The notes under the pieces are model-generated. The model saw only the letters and a list, made by a program, of their open reading frames with translations. It did no database searches and was not told the DNA's origin. A stretch of DNA of 64,000 bases, taken from assembly GCA_030704615.1 (NCBI GenBank), contig CM060733.1, positions 66,464,001-66,528,000 of the forward strand, given 5' to 3'. Made by a program: the position numbers and the translations under genes. How positions within the stretch are numbered: the first letter of the stretch is position 1; each line of letters begins with the position of its first letter. Shown here in pieces: positions 60,601 to 64,000 of the stretch. This DNA is from Takakia lepidozioides (taxonomy: Eukaryota > Plantae > Bryophyta).

Positions 60601-63600
60601 CATCTTGTGTAAACTTTAAGGATTGGCAAACCATTCAGAGTACCATATCTTCAGTCAAACGATGCTCAAACTCAGCACACATGGGGCCAGCTAGTCTGTC
60701 TGGCTGCTTGATATCAACCTTATCCAGGGCATCAAACGGGTTAGAGACTTTCAAGTTGAAGTCCCCACCCTTGGTTGTCTTCCTAGAGCACCTCATTGAA
60801 TCACCAATGTCTAAGACCGCTCTCCAACCAGTCAAGGGACAAACTTCTTGAAATTGATTTGACGCGAGACTCTATTTGTAGTATTTTTAGACATTGAAAC
60901 CTTCAAAGTACCTTTGTTACCAAGTCTCGAGATGGTGTCATTAGCCACATAATCCAAGCCTAAGCTGGAGCAGGTAGTTTTAAACACATCGTCAGTAGAT
61001 AGGGAGATAGAATCAAGAGAGAAATTTATTATACCTCGAGAGGCCCCAACATTCATAGGAGTACTTAAGTCTATTAGAGGAAGTGAGAATGATGTGGTCA
61101 ACTGTAGTGAGTAGAAAATTGGCTGTCTGTCAATTAAGGGGATGTCCTCTGCGGTACTCTTGGAGAGAACATTAGCAAAGAGACAGTGTGTGGGCTAGAA
61201 CAGTTGTGAAGGCCATGGGCCTCAAGTGTGAGGTGTTAATTCATGGCCACAAGATAAGTATCAGACACCTCGTCCACCCTACTCACGGCCTCACTTGCTT
61301 GTTTCATATTGCAACGATAGGTGACTCAATGGATCCATGAAGAAGAAGGGAGGGAGATCGAACCTCGGCTCAGTCACATGATGGAGAGAGTGAAGGCCAA
61401 GATCGTAGAAGAGGAGAGGGTGGTGCTCCAGCAGAAGCGTATAGGGATGCTAGAAAGGGCTGGGAAAGAGGTGGCAGATGAGCAGAGAGAACTCTTTGAC
61501 TCCAGGTATGCTGAGATGTTAGGGAAGGTGGAACAACAAATTGAAAAGGAAAGTGGGCAACCCGTGGAGCGACGCATGCGAGAACTGGAAGAGGAGGTAG
61601 ATGTATAATTTTGACTTATGACTTGTCTGCTTGAGAGGTCAGGTTACACACACATATACTCACATAAGTGAGTACTTAAGCACAGATATGGCTGTGTCTG
61701 CTCCACTCAAGACTCATTTCTATTTCCCCTACCTGCACGAGGCACATTGTCTTTGGGCCATGTTTGGATTTGATGTGGGTTTTCTTGCTGTACTTTGCCC
61801 CATGGCCCTCAGGTCCCCCTGTGTATTTATACAGTTGCTTTCTGTATGGACTTAAGCTGCCCTGGCTACAGGGACACTGCTTCCTTTTAGCTTTACAGCA
61901 ATTCCGTACCCACACATAAAAAAAATAGTCGTGATAGGTGAACAAACTGCTGGAGGGTGAGAAACGGCGGCTGAGAGAGGATGGCAAACGGGGGCTTCAG
62001 AGGCAACGAGATGCTAAGGAGGTTTGGAGAGAGGAGGAGAAAAACAGACGACATGAAAGGGAGATGCTTCGTAGGCAAGACGAGGAGGAGGAGAGGCAGT
62101 TGCAACAGCAGATACGGGAGGGGAAGGAAAGGAGGAGGAAGGACTTAAGACAAGTAATGCTTGTATTACACAATTCGGTTATGTGTAGTAGAGTCTTGAA
62201 ATTTTGTCAATAAGTACGTTTTTTAGGTGTCCAATCAGGGATGATAAGTTGTAGCAGTGATATTTAGGAAATCTGGTGTGCGTCCTCCATTTTCATGCAG
62301 CATTTTAGGCCTGGTATCTATTGCCATCAGTACGTATGTTCTGCATTGTTGTCCCAGAAACTCCAAAGCTTTCTGTTTCTTCTCCTTTCTCTCTCTGCGC
62401 GAGGCCTTCACCCTTAGACAATCGCTAGAACATTAGTTCTTATTCTTGGGTTCTGGATTTGTTCTTCTCTCATGTTTTCTTCCATTTTGTCCCATAAGCT
62501 CTATGAGCTTTCCGCGGACCTTATAAAGCACCATTTCATTTCATTTCATTTCTCTCTCTCTCTGTCTGTGCTTAGTATTTATACATTGGACATGAGGATG
62601 TGTTACAACAGTCCTGCTTTGCCTTCACAAAAAGGTTCTCTATGATTACTGCTTGAACTACATGATTTCAAGCATTAATAATCCAAATGTATGTGGTGAC
62701 AGGCTATCAATGATGAGAGGGCCTCTCATGAAGCCGAGAGGACTTTCATGCTCCAAATGTTTAGAAATGACTTGCAAGAAAAGGAAAACTATATGAAGGA
62801 GACTGAGAGACGAGAAATGTTGCAACGGGTGGCAAACATATTAAAGACAGAAGAACTTATTTTGATGGAAGACATGAAGGAAAAGATGGTGAAGCGGGTG
62901 AAAGAGACTGTGGATACCTTGGACAAGATTATGTTTGAGGAGGCATATCGGGCAGTGGTAGCGAGTATGAGAGAGAAAATGGATATGACGCGGAAAGAGA
63001 TAGGAGAAAAACTAGAGCGGGCAATGGAGTATGAGATGATTGAGCAACGACAAGACGTTTTGAAAGCAAAGAGGGAAGAGGTTGTGAAGCAAATGCAAGA
63101 AACCATACAAGCTGAGGTCAGTTGATTCACCTAGAAATGATTTCTCTTGCAGGGAGGAGGCCTGCATGAATCCTTATATTCGTTTCAGCTTAGCTAAGAC
63201 TAGCAGCACTAGGTGTAAGCAATGTTGACTTGAATTTTAATGATCTCTCTGTCTCATGAGTCTATGACATGCTGACTGGTGTGGCAGATATATTCTTCAG
63301 AAAATCTAAGATCGCTTTTGGGTAGTTGGCTAGCGTAGGTAGAGGTCAAGCTAGACCTAGGATCAGTTTCCAAGATATTTTGTCATCTTCTTGTCATTGA
63401 TGTTGCTATCTCATCCTTTGGGGTTCAACATTGGTGGCATGGTGTATGATGTGGGAACATGTCATATGTCATCTCGCAATGTGTGATCAAGATTATATCC
63501 GGGTTTGTCCTTCGTTTGCAATGAATTTACTATGGCAGAGCAGGGAGGCTACCACAATTTCTCATGAAATGCAGCAAATGCTCAGGGGTGGAGGGATCAA

Positions 63601-64000
63601 ATGGAGAAAGAGATCATGAAAGCCACATTACAAAAATTCACACGGCTACTGGAGGTCGAGCAGTTTGAAGTTAGAAAAATGATAAGGGAGGAAGTGATGC
63701 GGGTTGTAACAGATAAATTACTGAAAGACAGCTCAAAGGAGATAGAGTCTGCACGACAGCAACAGCTGGTAAGAATGCTTGAGAAACTGAAAGAAGAGGA
63801 GCCAATAGTTTGGACCACTTTTTTCAAAGATGTTGTGAGAAAACATAAGGTGCTACATGAAGGAGGTTGCCCAAAAGGACAGATCAGTCATGCTCAGGTT
63901 GATGAGGAGGGGAATCTTGCAGCAAGATTGATACACCTAGACTTGGGGGTCAACCAGGATGAAGGCACTTCCGTAAGTACGAGTGGACAAAAGGGGCCAC
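54649..64000 (+). CDS. CEP164: Centrosomal protein CEP164-like (WW domain + coiled coil), multi-exon, runs off the window
   Basis: Exons 54649-54721, 55275-55386 and 55863-55947 give [74 protein letters not shown]. Later E/R/K-rich exons lie at about 61321-61596, 61939-62152, 62703-63116 and 63540 onward. Confidence 0.88.
58572..60620 (-). mobile_element. Degenerate LINE (endonuclease C-terminus + RT, internally deleted) in a CEP164 intron
   Basis: [48 protein letters not shown]. Its 3' end is shared with the LINE at 30.5 kb. Confidence 0.85.

Overview
Eukaryotic, intron-containing plant-type DNA. The one clear host gene is a CEP164-like centriolar gene at 54.6-64 kb, which suggests a flagellated-sperm streptophyte such as a bryophyte. 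The first ~53 kb is a nested transposon cluster. It starts with a chromovirus (Ty3/Gypsy) remnant with its 3' LTR. It then contains an apparently uncharacterised, Mutator-like DNA element family that encodes a spliced ParB-like (VWDGNHRL) plus beta-class amino-methyltransferase-like protein, seen as two close copies and one distant MTase homologue. These elements carry phased arrays of a 22-bp palindrome (GGAAATGCGG-NN-CCGCATTTCC, 53-bp period), CATGAGC-rich TIR-like ends and a GCM/MULE/SWIM transposase-like gene. The distant homologue has its own palindrome (ATAGTCGG-NN-CCGACTAT) with the same CGG-NN-CCG core. Two elements are inserted into one palindrome array. The first is a CACTA element (3-bp TSD) whose second gene contains an FCP1/NIF phosphatase domain. 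The second is a 12-kb Gypsy-type element (4-bp TSD) that encodes a C5 DNA methyltransferase and a PHD finger, with split direct repeats, a self-complementary PBS and captured processed host mRNA fragments. LINE fragments are also present. Almost all TE ORFs are frameshifted, either from decay or from assembly indels. All domain calls come from motif recognition by eye, not from database searches.
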